Below, one piece after another: positions 21,673-31,451 of a DNA stretch of 64,000 nucleotides. Numbering within the stretch: position 1 is the stretch's first letter; every line of letters begins with the position of its first letter. A program made the position numbers and the translations under genes. The DNA lies in assembly GCA_965216365.1 (NCBI GenBank), contig CBDCFT010000015.1, positions 185,106-249,105 of the forward strand, in the 5' to 3' direction. The DNA comes from Arenicellales bacterium. Lineage in GTDB: Bacteria; Pseudomonadota; Gammaproteobacteria; Arenicellales; CBDCFT01. The notes below the pieces were generated by a model that saw nothing but the letters and a program-made list of their open reading frames with translations, was not told where the DNA came from and ran no database searches.

Positions 21673-21676
21673 TGCA

Positions 21677-22294
21677 TTAAATATCCAATATCACCGACTG
21701 TTGTTGCCAACTGCCACGTGCTTTAATTATTTTTATGTTTAAACCTCGCTGGTGGGCGCGAAGATGCAAACGCAAAGGTGCGGGCGAACCAGTACAATGT
21801 TGACGATGAAACAACACGCCGATGCTGTCACCGGCGCTGGCCGCGAGTTGCAAACGGCGTATGCCGCGCGGATCGGCTTGTGGCAGCCACACCAGCACCA
21901 TGGCGCTGGTCTGGGCGCGCAGGGTTTTGTCCGCGCTCCACCAGATGTCCCGTGCACTCGCCGCCGCATCGATAATGAGTAAACGATTCAGTCGAACACC
22001 GGCATTGATCAGGGCCGGTGCATAGGGCACATAAGGCGGTGCGATGATGCTCAACCATTTATCCTGTTGACTGAGGCGGGCCATGAGCGGCAACCACAGT
22101 TGTAACTCGCCGATGCCCCAGTCATGCAGCATGTTTTCGACGACAGTGCTATTCGGCCAGCCACCACCCGGCAGCAAGGCGTCCAGTGCCGCAAAACCAC
22201 TGCTGATATTCTCGCTGCACTGTTCAAGACGCGCCGCACCCTGCCATAGCAGCGGATTACTGCTGATCAAGTCATCCAGCGATGGATTCATCAT
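21677..22294 (-). CDS. imuA: SOS cell-division-inhibitor-like ImuA
   Basis: 205 aa RecA/SulA-like fold protein (ALDALLPGGGWP...). It is the first gene of the cassette and sits directly downstream of a LexA box. Confidence 0.7.
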   Translation of the reverse strand: MMNPSLDDLISSNPLLWQGAARLEQCSENISSGFAALDALLPGGGWPNSTVVENMLHDWGIGELQLWLPLMARLSQQDKWLSIIAPPYVPYAPALINAGVRLNRLLIIDAAASARDIWWSADKTLRAQTSAMVLVWLPQADPRGIRRLQLAASAGDSIGVLFHRQHCTGSPAPLRLHLRAHQRGLNIKIIKARGSWQQQSVILDI

Positions 22295-22333
22295 GGTGAA
22301 ATTACGGCACTACCCTGGTGTTTGTTCGTTATG

Positions 22334-22349
22334 CTGTAATTATATACAG
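22334..22349. promoter_or_regulatory. LexA (SOS) box CTGTAATTATATACAG upstream of imuA
   Basis: A perfect CTGT-N8-ACAG gammaproteobacterial LexA consensus located 40 bp upstream of the imuA start codon. Confidence 0.8.
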
Positions 22350-22720
22350 TATATCGTATAACACAGCAACTGTTCGTGCTGTGATACTGCGAAATGGCCG
22401 CATGGAGCAAAAAGACGAGGATTAAACGTGCTGTGGTCGCTCGTGGGTTTTACCGGTCTGCTTTGCGTTTACCGCGCAAGGCCACTGCTAATGAGCAATT
22501 CCACGTTCTGACCAACCGTGGCCGACATACAAATAAAGCCGAGAATATGCTGAATGAGCGAACTTGACCCAAAAATCCGCCAGGGAAAACTCGCACTTCC
22601 CGCATTATATTGTCATAATATTTGCAACCTGGAGGATCAGGCTCAATATTGCCTGTTCCGAAGTGGCAATTTACGTGCACTGCATTAACAAATAAAACGC
22701 TCTAAACAGGAGAAGACACT

Positions 22721-23908
22721 ATGAGAACAATTGTATTCGCAACTTTTGCATCCGCGCTTTTATCAACCGCAGCCTGGGCGCAGGATGTTGTCAAAATCGG
22801 CATGTTACAAGGCTTTACCGGCCCGACTGAATCGCTGGTAGCACCCATGGCCAAAGGCGGTGAAATGGCGATACAAGAAGTATCCGACAGCGGCATTTTT
22901 CTGGGCGGGAAAAAAGTCGAATCGGTGCGCGGCGACAGCACCTGTATCGATGCGGCGGCAGCCACTGCGGCGGCGGAAAGACTGGTTACCTCCGACGGTG
23001 TAGCAGCTATCAACGGTGCAACCTGTTCCGGTGCGACCACGGCGGTGTTAAACAATGTCGTTGTACCCAATGGTATCGTGATGATTTCACCATCCGCGAC
23101 TTCACCAGCACTTTCGACAATTGAAGATAACGGATTATTTTTTCGCACCGCGCCATCCGATGCACGCCAGGGTCAGATCATGGCCGATGTGCTGGGTACA
23201 CGCGGGGTGAAATCAGTCGCTCTAACCCACACTAACAACGACTACGGTAAAGGACTTGCTGATAGTTTCAAGGCTGCCTTCGAGGAAGCGGGTGGTTCTG
23301 TAACCATCACCGCGGCCCATGAAGACGGTAAAGCGGACTACTCGGCGGAAATTGGTGCGTTATCCTCAGCCGGTGGTGACATATTAGTCGTCGCGGGTTA
23401 TCTCGACCAGGGTGGTAAAGGCATCATCCAGGCTTCGCTTGACAGCGGCGCCTTCGATACCTTTATGTTGCCGGATGGCATGGTCGGCGATTCCCTGACG
23501 GGTAACTTTGGCGAGGGAATCAATGGTTCTTTTGGCACCGTTCCTGGAACGGACAGTCCCGGTGCGACCATGATGGGCGATATTACCGAGGGCGCGGATT
23601 TCAGTGGCACCGATCCCTATGTCCCTGAGTGCTACGACGCATCTGCTTTGATTTTGCTGGCCATGCAATCCGCCGGTTCCAGCAACAGTGCTGACTTCAA
23701 AGATCACATCATGAAAGTCGCCAACGCACCGGGCGAAAAAATCTTCCCGGGTGAACTGGCCAAAGGCCTGCAGATCCTGGCCGATGGCGGTGAGATCGAT
23801 TACGTTGGTGGTTCGGCAGTGGAGCTGATTGGCTCCGGCGAATCGGCGGGTTCGTTCCGCGAAGTGGAAGTGAAAGCGGGCAAGTTTGAAACCGTAACTT
23901 ATCACTAA
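22721..23908 (+). CDS. Branched-chain amino-acid ABC transporter substrate-binding protein (LivJ/K-like, Peripla_BP_6)
   Basis: 395 aa with a signal peptide and KIGMLQGFTGPTE...; the first gene of an ABC operon. Confidence 0.85.
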   Translation: MRTIVFATFASALLSTAAWAQDVVKIGMLQGFTGPTESLVAPMAKGGEMAIQEVSDSGIFLGGKKVESVRGDSTCIDAAAATAAAERLVTSDGVAAINGATCSGATTAVLNNVVVPNGIVMISPSATSPALSTIEDNGLFFRTAPSDARQGQIMADVLGTRGVKSVALTHTNNDYGKGLADSFKAAFEEAGGSVTITAAHEDGKADYSAEIGALSSAGGDILVVAGYLDQGGKGIIQASLDSGAFDTFMLPDGMVGDSLTGNFGEGINGSFGTVPGTDSPGATMMGDITEGADFSGTDPYVPECYDASALILLAMQSAGSSNSADFKDHIMKVANAPGEKIFPGELAKGLQILADGGEIDYVGGSAVELIGSGESAGSFREVEVKAGKFETVTYH

Positions 23909-23963
23909 GCATTTGCGGTAGAAGACAGGGAACGGTCAGGACGATAGTTCTGGCCGTTTCTTT

Positions 23964-24761
23964 TTGCGGGGTGGAATAATGCTAAGGGTCGAAGATATCC
24001 ACATGCACTTTGGTGGTATTCGTGCAGTGGATGGTACATCTCTCAGCATAGAGAAAGGTTCCATAACGGGGTTAATCGGACCGAATGGCGCCGGTAAAAC
24101 AACCCTGTTCAACGTTATCGCGGGCGCGTACAAGCCAACATCCGGGCGGGTTTTTCTGGATGACGAAGAAATCACAGGACTGCCGCCTCATGAGTTGTTT
24201 AAAAAAGGTGTGTTGCGCACCTTTCAAATCGCCCACGAGTTTTCAACCCTGACCGTATTGGAAAACCTGATGGTAGTGCCGGGCGAACAACCGGGCGAAC
24301 AGCTTTGGTCTGCATGGTTTCATAAAAAACGCGTGCAATTACACGAGGAAAATGTCAGGGAAAAAGCACGTGAAGTGATCGAATTCCTGGAAATCTCCCA
24401 TCTCGAACAGGAGTTAGCGGGCAACCTGTCCGGTGGTCAGAAAAAATTGCTGGAACTTGGGCGCACCATGATGGTGGATGCCAAGATCGTATTTCTCGAT
24501 GAAGTGGGGGCAGGGGTCAATCGTACCCTACTCAAAACCATTGGCACATCCATACAACGTCTGAACACCGAACGTGGCTACACGTTTTGCATGATTGAAC
24601 ACGATATGGATTTCATCAGCCGTCTTTGCAATCCGGTTATCGTAATGGCGGAAGGCCGGCTGCTGACTCAAGGTACGGCCGAAGAAGTGAAAGCGAACGA
24701 AGAGGTGATAGAAGCTTATCTCGGAACGGGCCGAAAACATAACAAAGAGTCCGCCACATGA
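23964..24761 (+). CDS. ABC ATP-binding protein (LivG-like)
   Basis: Walker A GPNGAGKTT, signature LSGGQKK and Walker B FLDEVG. The true start is probably ATG at 23979. Confidence 0.85.
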   Translation: MRGGIMLRVEDIHMHFGGIRAVDGTSLSIEKGSITGLIGPNGAGKTTLFNVIAGAYKPTSGRVFLDDEEITGLPPHELFKKGVLRTFQIAHEFSTLTVLENLMVVPGEQPGEQLWSAWFHKKRVQLHEENVREKAREVIEFLEISHLEQELAGNLSGGQKKLLELGRTMMVDAKIVFLDEVGAGVNRTLLKTIGTSIQRLNTERGYTFCMIEHDMDFISRLCNPVIVMAEGRLLTQGTAEEVKANEEVIEAYLGTGRKHNKESAT

Positions 24762-25465
24762 AATTTCTTAGCGCGTTAAACATGACCGGCGGCTATGGCA
24801 TGGGTGCCGATATCATCCACGGTTGCGACATCACGGTTGAAAAAGGCGAGATTGCAGTGGTCGTGGGGCCGAACGGCGCGGGTAAATCCACCGCCATGAA
24901 AGCGGTCTTTGGCATGTTGAATCTGCGTGAAGGCTCGGTTGTGTTGGACGGTCAGGACATTACTCATCTCGCGCCCCAAGAGCGTGTCGGCATCGGTATG
25001 GGCTTCGTTCCGCAAAACAACAATATTTTTGTCTCCATGACGGTGCAGGAAAATCTGGAAATGGGTGCGTTCATTCGCGATGACGACATCACGGACACCA
25101 TGAACCAGGTGTTCAGTCTGTTTCCCATTCTTAAAGATAAACGCAGTCAACCGGCGGGTGAATTGTCCGGTGGTCAGCGACAGCAGGTGGCAGTAGGCCG
25201 TGCACTGATGACAAAACCGAAGTTACTCATGCTGGACGAACCGACTGCCGGTGTGTCGCCTATCGTCATGGACGATCTGTTCGACAAGATCCTGGAGATC
25301 GCCAAAACCGGCATCGCCATCTTGATGGTGGAACAAAATGCACGTCAGGCATTGGAAATCGCGGATCACGGCTTTGTCTTGGTACAGGGGGAAAATCGTT
25401 TTACCGATACCGGCCAGGCGCTACTCGCTGACCCCGAAGTGCGGCGTTCGTTTCTGGGAGGCTGA
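24758..25465 (+). CDS. ABC ATP-binding protein (LivF-like)
   Basis: GPNGAGKST, LSGGQRQ and LMLDEPT motifs, with a 4-nt overlap with the upstream gene. Confidence 0.85.
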   Translation: MKFLSALNMTGGYGMGADIIHGCDITVEKGEIAVVVGPNGAGKSTAMKAVFGMLNLREGSVVLDGQDITHLAPQERVGIGMGFVPQNNNIFVSMTVQENLEMGAFIRDDDITDTMNQVFSLFPILKDKRSQPAGELSGGQRQQVAVGRALMTKPKLLMLDEPTAGVSPIVMDDLFDKILEIAKTGIAILMVEQNARQALEIADHGFVLVQGENRFTDTGQALLADPEVRRSFLGG

Positions 25466-26476
25466 GTGGACATTCTCAACGCACTGATATTGTTCGCTAA
25501 TTTTGTCGTCATTCCGGCGACAGTTTATGGCGCGCAACTGGCGCTCGGTGCGCTGGGTGTGACACTGATTTTTGGCATATTACGCTTCGCTAATTTCGCT
25601 CATGGCGAGTTGATGGCTTTCGGCGCCATGATCACAATTCTCGCTACGTGGTATTTGCAGGGCATTGGCGTCGGACTCGGGCCGCTGCCGACCGCGCTAC
25701 TGGCCTTACCCGTCGGTATCATTGGTGCACTTATCATGGTCTTGTTGACGGATCGCATAGTTTATCGATTTTACCGGCGCACGCGTGCCGACCCGATTAT
25801 CATGGCCATCCTGTCGGTGGGTGTCATGTTTGTGATGGCGGGGTTGGTGCGATTTATTATCGGGCCGAACGACCAGAACTTCGCCGATGGCCTGCGTTTT
25901 CTCATTCGCGCACGGGAATTTAAGGAAATGACCGGGTTGAACGAAGGACTCGCGATCAAACTGACCCAGGTGATAACAGTAGTGATTGCCGTCGTCGTCG
26001 TCGGTATTTTATTCTGGTTTTTGCAAAAGACCCGGGCGGGTAAAGCCATGCGCGCATATTCCGACAATGAAGATCTCGCGTTGTTGTCCGGCATCGATCC
26101 GGACCGTGTAGTGATGATTGCCTGGGTGATTACCGCTGTGCTTGCGACGATTGCTGGTGTTTTATACGGCCTGGACAAGACCTTTAAACCGTTTATCTAC
26201 ATGCAATTATTGCTGCCTGTTTTTGCCTCGGCCATCGTGGGTGGAATCGGTCAACCGGTTGGAGCAATCCTGGGCGGTTTTGTGGTGGCGTTTTCCGAAG
26301 TGATGATTACCTATGCTTATAAAAAGTTTTTAAACTATCTCGCACCGGAGAGCTGGGCGCCTGATGGACTGGTACAATTATTATCCACGGATTATAAATT
26401 CGCGGTGTCGTTTATCATCCTTGTCGCTGTGTTATTGATCAGACCGACAGGCATTATCCGGGGTAAAGTAATATGA
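25466..26476 (+). CDS. Branched-chain amino-acid ABC permease (LivH-like)
   Basis: 336 aa polytopic membrane protein of the BPD_transp_2 type. Confidence 0.8.
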   Translation: MDILNALILFANFVVIPATVYGAQLALGALGVTLIFGILRFANFAHGELMAFGAMITILATWYLQGIGVGLGPLPTALLALPVGIIGALIMVLLTDRIVYRFYRRTRADPIIMAILSVGVMFVMAGLVRFIIGPNDQNFADGLRFLIRAREFKEMTGLNEGLAIKLTQVITVVIAVVVVGILFWFLQKTRAGKAMRAYSDNEDLALLSGIDPDRVVMIAWVITAVLATIAGVLYGLDKTFKPFIYMQLLLPVFASAIVGGIGQPVGAILGGFVVAFSEVMITYAYKKFLNYLAPESWAPDGLVQLLSTDYKFAVSFIILVAVLLIRPTGIIRGKVI

Positions 26477-27768
26477 CGCGTCAGGGGTATCTTTACTTTG
26501 CAATCATGGCCGCGCTCTTGCTGGCCGTTGGTTTCGGTCAGAGCTGGAACGTGGCGCTGGGCATACTCAATCTGTGTCTGATCTCCGCCATAATGTCATT
26601 GGGTGTCAACATTCAATGGGGTTATGCCGGACTGTTTAATGTTGGTGTGATGGGTTTCGCGGCGCTGGGCGGGCTTGCCGCCGTACTCGTTTCCATGCCA
26701 CCGGTCAAAGAAGCCTGGGCGGCTGGCGGCGTGGGCATCGGTTTTTCACTGTTGGCGCTGATCGCAACAGTGATTGCCGTCATCCTGGTGCGGCGCATTA
26801 CGCCTGCGTTCGCGAGGCTTTGGGTAACCATAATCACTATTATCATTGGCTTGTTCATCATTCGCAGCGTGTATGGCCCCGCGGTGGATCGCATTGAAGC
26901 AATCAATCCGGCTCACACCGGTTATCTCGGCGGTTTGCATTTACCCATACTTTTATCGTGGGTCGTCGGCGGCTTCGTGGCCGCGGGTGCGGCCTGGATT
27001 ATCGGAAAGATTTCCCTTGGTCTGCGCGCGGACTATCTTGCGATTGCTACGCTCGGTATTTCCGAGATAATTATTGCCATATTGAAGTACGAAGAATGGC
27101 TAAGCCGTGGCGTAAAAAATGTCACCGGGCTGCCGCGACCCGTACCCTACGAAGTGAATCTTGTACAGTCGGACTGGTTTGTAAAATTCGCTGACTGGTT
27201 TGGCACGGACACTGTCGATACCGCCAGCGTATTCGTGAAACTGTGTTATGCCATTTTGTTTTTAATCGTTCTCGGGTTAATAATGTGGTTTTCCGAAAGC
27301 GCGTTGAAGTCACCCTGGGGGCGCATGATGCGCGCCATCCGTGATAACAGAGATGCCGCCAACGCGATGGGCAAAGATGTCACGCGCAGACATCTGCAAG
27401 TATTCATCTTAGGTTGTGCAGTGTGCGGCATCGCCGGCGCCATGATGACCACACTCGACGGACAACTCACACCTTCGAGTTATATTCCACTGCGTTACAC
27501 ATTTTTAATCTGGGTAATGGTCATCATTGGTGGTTCTGGTAATAACTGGGGCGCCGTGCTCGGTGGATTTGTCATCTGGTTTTTGTGGATTGAGGCCGAA
27601 CCGTTGGGTAACTGGCTGATGCAAATCGTTACCGCGCCCATGGACGACGGCAACTGGCTCAAAGATCACCTCATTGCCAGCGCCGCGTACACGCGCCTAA
27701 TCATGATGGGCGCCATCCTGCTACTAGTCATGCGCTTCGCTCCAAGAGGATTGATTCCGGAACGCTAA
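26473..27768 (+). CDS. Branched-chain amino-acid ABC permease (LivM-like)
   Basis: 431 aa polytopic membrane protein, overlapping livH by 4 nt. Confidence 0.8.
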   Translation: MTRQGYLYFAIMAALLLAVGFGQSWNVALGILNLCLISAIMSLGVNIQWGYAGLFNVGVMGFAALGGLAAVLVSMPPVKEAWAAGGVGIGFSLLALIATVIAVILVRRITPAFARLWVTIITIIIGLFIIRSVYGPAVDRIEAINPAHTGYLGGLHLPILLSWVVGGFVAAGAAWIIGKISLGLRADYLAIATLGISEIIIAILKYEEWLSRGVKNVTGLPRPVPYEVNLVQSDWFVKFADWFGTDTVDTASVFVKLCYAILFLIVLGLIMWFSESALKSPWGRMMRAIRDNRDAANAMGKDVTRRHLQVFILGCAVCGIAGAMMTTLDGQLTPSSYIPLRYTFLIWVMVIIGGSGNNWGAVLGGFVIWFLWIEAEPLGNWLMQIVTAPMDDGNWLKDHLIASAAYTRLIMMGAILLLVMRFAPRGLIPER

Positions 27769-28181
27769 TAAAACTTGGCTTATAGAATCTCTATTAGTAC
27801 AAGAACATTGTAACTACGTGTTGATTTTGGGTACGTCGTACATCGAATAACTTTTCTGATCGACCCATAGCAGTCCGTTTTCCAAAGCTTTGGTGGAGTC
27901 CGCTATCGATCGCATAGCTGCCCTCCCTTTTTCTTTCTTTTGCATTAGGCATTACAGAATTCCAAAGTAGCAACCAAACAATGCATCGTTGCTCAATAAC
28001 CATTGGATCAATCTATAGTGAACACCTGTTATTGTTCAAGCGTTTATGGATAATCACACCCTTTAAGGAATCGAAACCACTCTCATACAAACTCAGAACG
28101 CGTTGTTTGGACACAGCGATGCGGTATTTTTTGATGCTAGGCGCAGTTTAAACTCTTGATACTAGGTAAATTCAAATCTCG

Positions 28182-29957
28182 ATGGAAAAACTCACGGACT
28201 TTAAACCAATCCATAAACTTACACTTCCCGACTTAGGGGAACTAACTTGTTCCGGTCTTACCATCATAGTTGGCCCAAATTCGCCAGGTAAGAGCCAACT
28301 ACTTAAAGACATCAACGAAAAAATAGCTGGCGACCCGCGAGAGTTAGTTGTCGCTGAATCAATTGAGTTGACAAATATCGATTACACAACTTTCTTAAAG
28401 TGCTTAATAACCGAGGGATATTTATCTTCTTTCTGGGACGATAATGATCAAGAGCAGTATATGCCGATGACTACTGCTATAGGTACCGGTCAAGGCGCTC
28501 AACAGGTGGGAACTCAACAACTTGAACAATGGAAAAGTCAGTCTCCAACAGCACATAAACGCAAAAAGAAAGATCAATACTTTGGATGGTTCAGCCGTTT
28601 CCTTGTAACCGCACTATTCTTAGAAAATCGACTCACAAGTATGTCTACCGCAAACACAATAGACTTTGAAACACAGCCTCCTACACACGATTTACATGCC
28701 TTGCACTTACACGACGAGGCTAGAAACGCCCTCACGGAAGAAATACAGCGAGCATTTTCAAAAGCTATTTGGTCCGACATATCTAAAGGTAATCAAATCT
28801 GTCTACGGATCGCTGAAACAGGAAAAGTTCCAAGTGCCGAAGACCGCCTTTCCGTTAAAGAAATGGCGAAGTACAGAACGTTAGCTTCCGAAGGCGATGG
28901 AATGAAATCTTATGTGGCTACCGTCATTTCGCTTCTACTCGGAAGACGCCCGATAAGTGTAATGGACGAACCGGAAATGTGTTTGCATCCACCGCAGGCT
29001 TACAACCTCGGACAATTTATAGGAAAGTCTGCGACTAGCAAGCAAACAAGAACTTTCGTCGCCACGCACAGTAGCCAAATTTTACGCGGCGTCTTACAAA
29101 CGGCTGAAGAGCTTCAAATAGTTCGATTAACAAGAAATCCAACTGGTTTTTCCGCAAAACATGTAGATTCAAAACTGTTAAATGAAGCGTTAAGAAAACC
29201 GACAGTACGAGCTGAAACTGTGCTTGATGGTATATTTGCTCAAGCTGTAGCAGTAGTTGAGGCGGATGGTGATCGGATCGTATATCAGGCAACGTGGGAA
29301 GTCGTTGGACAATCGCGTAATTTCGATATTCATTTTGCGACTACGGGTGGGACAGGCGGGATTTCCGATACATGCAAATTGTACAAAATGTTGGGCATTC
29401 CCGTAGCAGTGATCGCGGATTTAGATCTGATAACTGACTTAGGAAAAATCAAGGTGATCTTGCAGAGCTTAATCGATGACGCTGAAATAGTTGATGAGCT
29501 TGTGAGTACAGGTCATGAATTAGCCGATAAATTACAAAAACTTCCCCCAACTATTTCGGAAGCAGACCTCCACGATAGACTCAAGGAACTAGTACAGGAG
29601 AACTTTATTTGGGTTCAAGGAGATGATCATAAACTCAGACGTGAACTTTCGGGTCTAAGTAACAAACTAAACGGAATGCGGGGATTAAAAGGTGGCGGAC
29701 TTTCCGTACTTCCACTAGATGTTTCAAAACCATTGCTAGAATTGCTAGAGAAATTTCAACGTATCGGGCTATTCTTAGTACCCGTTGGAGAACTTGAATA
29801 TTGGCTACAGGATCATAGTATATCCGCCTCAAAAAAGAAAAAATGGGCCTGGGCTAATGAAGCAGCAGAATTTATAAGAATGAATCAACGACAACAGAAT
29901 GATATCTGGAAATTCATGGAAGATGTGGGAGCCTATTTAACAGGGCAATTCGTTTGA
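28182..29957 (+). CDS. OLD-family ATP-dependent endonuclease-like protein (ABC-type ATPase + TOPRIM)
   Basis: 591 aa. Walker A GPNSPGKSQLL, signature-like GMKS, Walker B ISVMDEPE and H-loop ATHSS. The C-terminal TOPRIM-like region has VAVVEADGDRIVY (E, DxD) and VAVIADLDLITD. The gene is low-GC relative to its flanks. Confidence 0.7.
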   Translation: MEKLTDFKPIHKLTLPDLGELTCSGLTIIVGPNSPGKSQLLKDINEKIAGDPRELVVAESIELTNIDYTTFLKCLITEGYLSSFWDDNDQEQYMPMTTAIGTGQGAQQVGTQQLEQWKSQSPTAHKRKKKDQYFGWFSRFLVTALFLENRLTSMSTANTIDFETQPPTHDLHALHLHDEARNALTEEIQRAFSKAIWSDISKGNQICLRIAETGKVPSAEDRLSVKEMAKYRTLASEGDGMKSYVATVISLLLGRRPISVMDEPEMCLHPPQAYNLGQFIGKSATSKQTRTFVATHSSQILRGVLQTAEELQIVRLTRNPTGFSAKHVDSKLLNEALRKPTVRAETVLDGIFAQAVAVVEADGDRIVYQATWEVVGQSRNFDIHFATTGGTGGISDTCKLYKMLGIPVAVIADLDLITDLGKIKVILQSLIDDAEIVDELVSTGHELADKLQKLPPTISEADLHDRLKELVQENFIWVQGDDHKLRRELSGLSNKLNGMRGLKGGGLSVLPLDVSKPLLELLEKFQRIGLFLVPVGELEYWLQDHSISASKKKKWAWANEAAEFIRMNQRQQNDIWKFMEDVGAYLTGQFV

Positions 29958-30221
29958 TATTTAAATGAAGCGCAATCAGATTAATTCATTATCTTGGTTT
30001 GCCTCTCGTGAATTTTGCTTGCCGATAGATGCCTACTTTTGTATACACACCTGACTCTGTAAAAAGCTACACAAAACGTCAGCTTTTGGCCGCACTGAGC
30101 GCGTCGTAGTCAAAATATGTTTCATTGATAGGTGGATGAATAGGAGAAACACAAACAATCTATGGGCGTGGATGCACTTCCCGAATAGTGAAATCTGACG
30201 TCGGTCGGTATTGCCAATGCT

Positions 30222-30416
30222 TCAGTTATCTTTGGAATAATTATCGGTGACTGATTTCTGTTCGGGTTCGATTACGTTTCTTTCAGAGAAATAGTCGTCA
30301 ATCTCATCTTGTAGTGATTGATTGGCGTTGAATCGTTGTCCGGAACGCGAACGCACGTGAGCACCGCCCTTGCGCATGATGGGCGCCCAGGTGTAGGGGT
30401 TTCTTGGTGCAGGCAT
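30222..30416 (-). CDS. Possible small (64 aa) ORF co-oriented 10 nt downstream of the 313-aa gene
   Basis: MPAPRNPYTW...; a GGAA motif lies 10 nt upstream. No similarity to anything I recognise. Confidence 0.25.
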   Translation of the reverse strand: MPAPRNPYTWAPIMRKGGAHVRSRSGQRFNANQSLQDEIDDYFSERNVIEPEQKSVTDNYSKDN

Positions 30417-30426
30417 TTTCTATTTC

Positions 30427-31368
30427 CTAAAGTGCTAACCGATACCAGTTATGTTGCTTTAATTCACGTTTGCGTTTACGCCCGGCCAGCAAAAATTCTG
30501 GTGGTCGCGAAGTAAGCTGAAAACAGAACTTCTTTGGTAATTGGCTATAAATGGATTTCGGTGGTTTAGCATTGTCGATGCGTTTCAGCGCCGCACCGGA
30601 TTCGTTCGTGTGGTAGTAAATGTTACGAATTCCTATTTCGTCACGAATAAATCGAATCGCAGCGGTAAGCATAGCTTCTGGCCACATCGTTCGATAAGGT
30701 TGCAACACCTGTTCAATATAGGTTTTGATATCTTCTATGTTTCCGTCAATTTTCTTGCGTTGCCAGTACTTTTCCGGTTTGCGGGCGTTTAATAATGGCT
30801 TTAAGTACCAGTCGGCATAACGTAGCCAATCCGATTGAATTTCTTCAATTAGCGCTTCGTCCATGTCAAACTCCAGGTCAATTCGCGCCCAGGCCAGAGT
30901 GTCGCGGTAAAAACCACTACGTTTACGCGTGGCAACCGGATGATACCTATTGTTTAGAAATCCATCGCTCTTGGGTTTGACCAATTGATAGTACTGCTCC
31001 TGATGTTTATTGCTGAAATTGAGTTGCAACACCAGATTGACTCCTTTTCTGGATAACTGATCGTAACGCCAATACTTAGGTCCACCCCATATCGATAGTC
31101 CCAGAAAAAACGATTCACTAGGTTCCTGCCAGTGGTTCAGCAGATCTTCACGCTTTATCTTGCTGCCACCGTAACGCGCGAACGCTTGCTTGACTGTTGG
31201 TTTTTCCAGCAGTTGTGCGAAATCGGTTTTCTTCAGGTCGCTCACACGACTCCCATCGCCCACAGCTTGCGCTAACAACGAAAATGCATAACCATCTTTG
31301 AAATAAAGGAATGGTGTTTTGCCTTTCGGCAGGCAATATCTGATTGCTTTTGCCGTTCGTAGTTTCAT
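30427..31368 (-). CDS. Hypothetical lysine-rich 313-aa protein with no recognisable domain
   Basis: Long low-GC ORF with coding-like composition, convergent with the OLD-like gene. Confidence 0.5.
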   Translation of the reverse strand: MKLRTAKAIRYCLPKGKTPFLYFKDGYAFSLLAQAVGDGSRVSDLKKTDFAQLLEKPTVKQAFARYGGSKIKREDLLNHWQEPSESFFLGLSIWGGPKYWRYDQLSRKGVNLVLQLNFSNKHQEQYYQLVKPKSDGFLNNRYHPVATRKRSGFYRDTLAWARIDLEFDMDEALIEEIQSDWLRYADWYLKPLLNARKPEKYWQRKKIDGNIEDIKTYIEQVLQPYRTMWPEAMLTAAIRFIRDEIGIRNIYYHTNESGAALKRIDNAKPPKSIYSQLPKKFCFQLTSRPPEFLLAGRKRKRELKQHNWYRLAL

Positions 31369-31451
31369 GATTTGTTCGGATTCACTGTCGGCCCGGGCAC
31401 CATTGCCCCGGGCCTCGTCTTTTTCTTATTGTGTCGATCAGTGCTCTTCCC

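Noticed and set aside
21739-22239. Multiple 60–76-aa ORFs antisense or within imuA
   Set aside because: They are embedded in a well-supported gene. The GC-rich sequence yields spurious ORFs.
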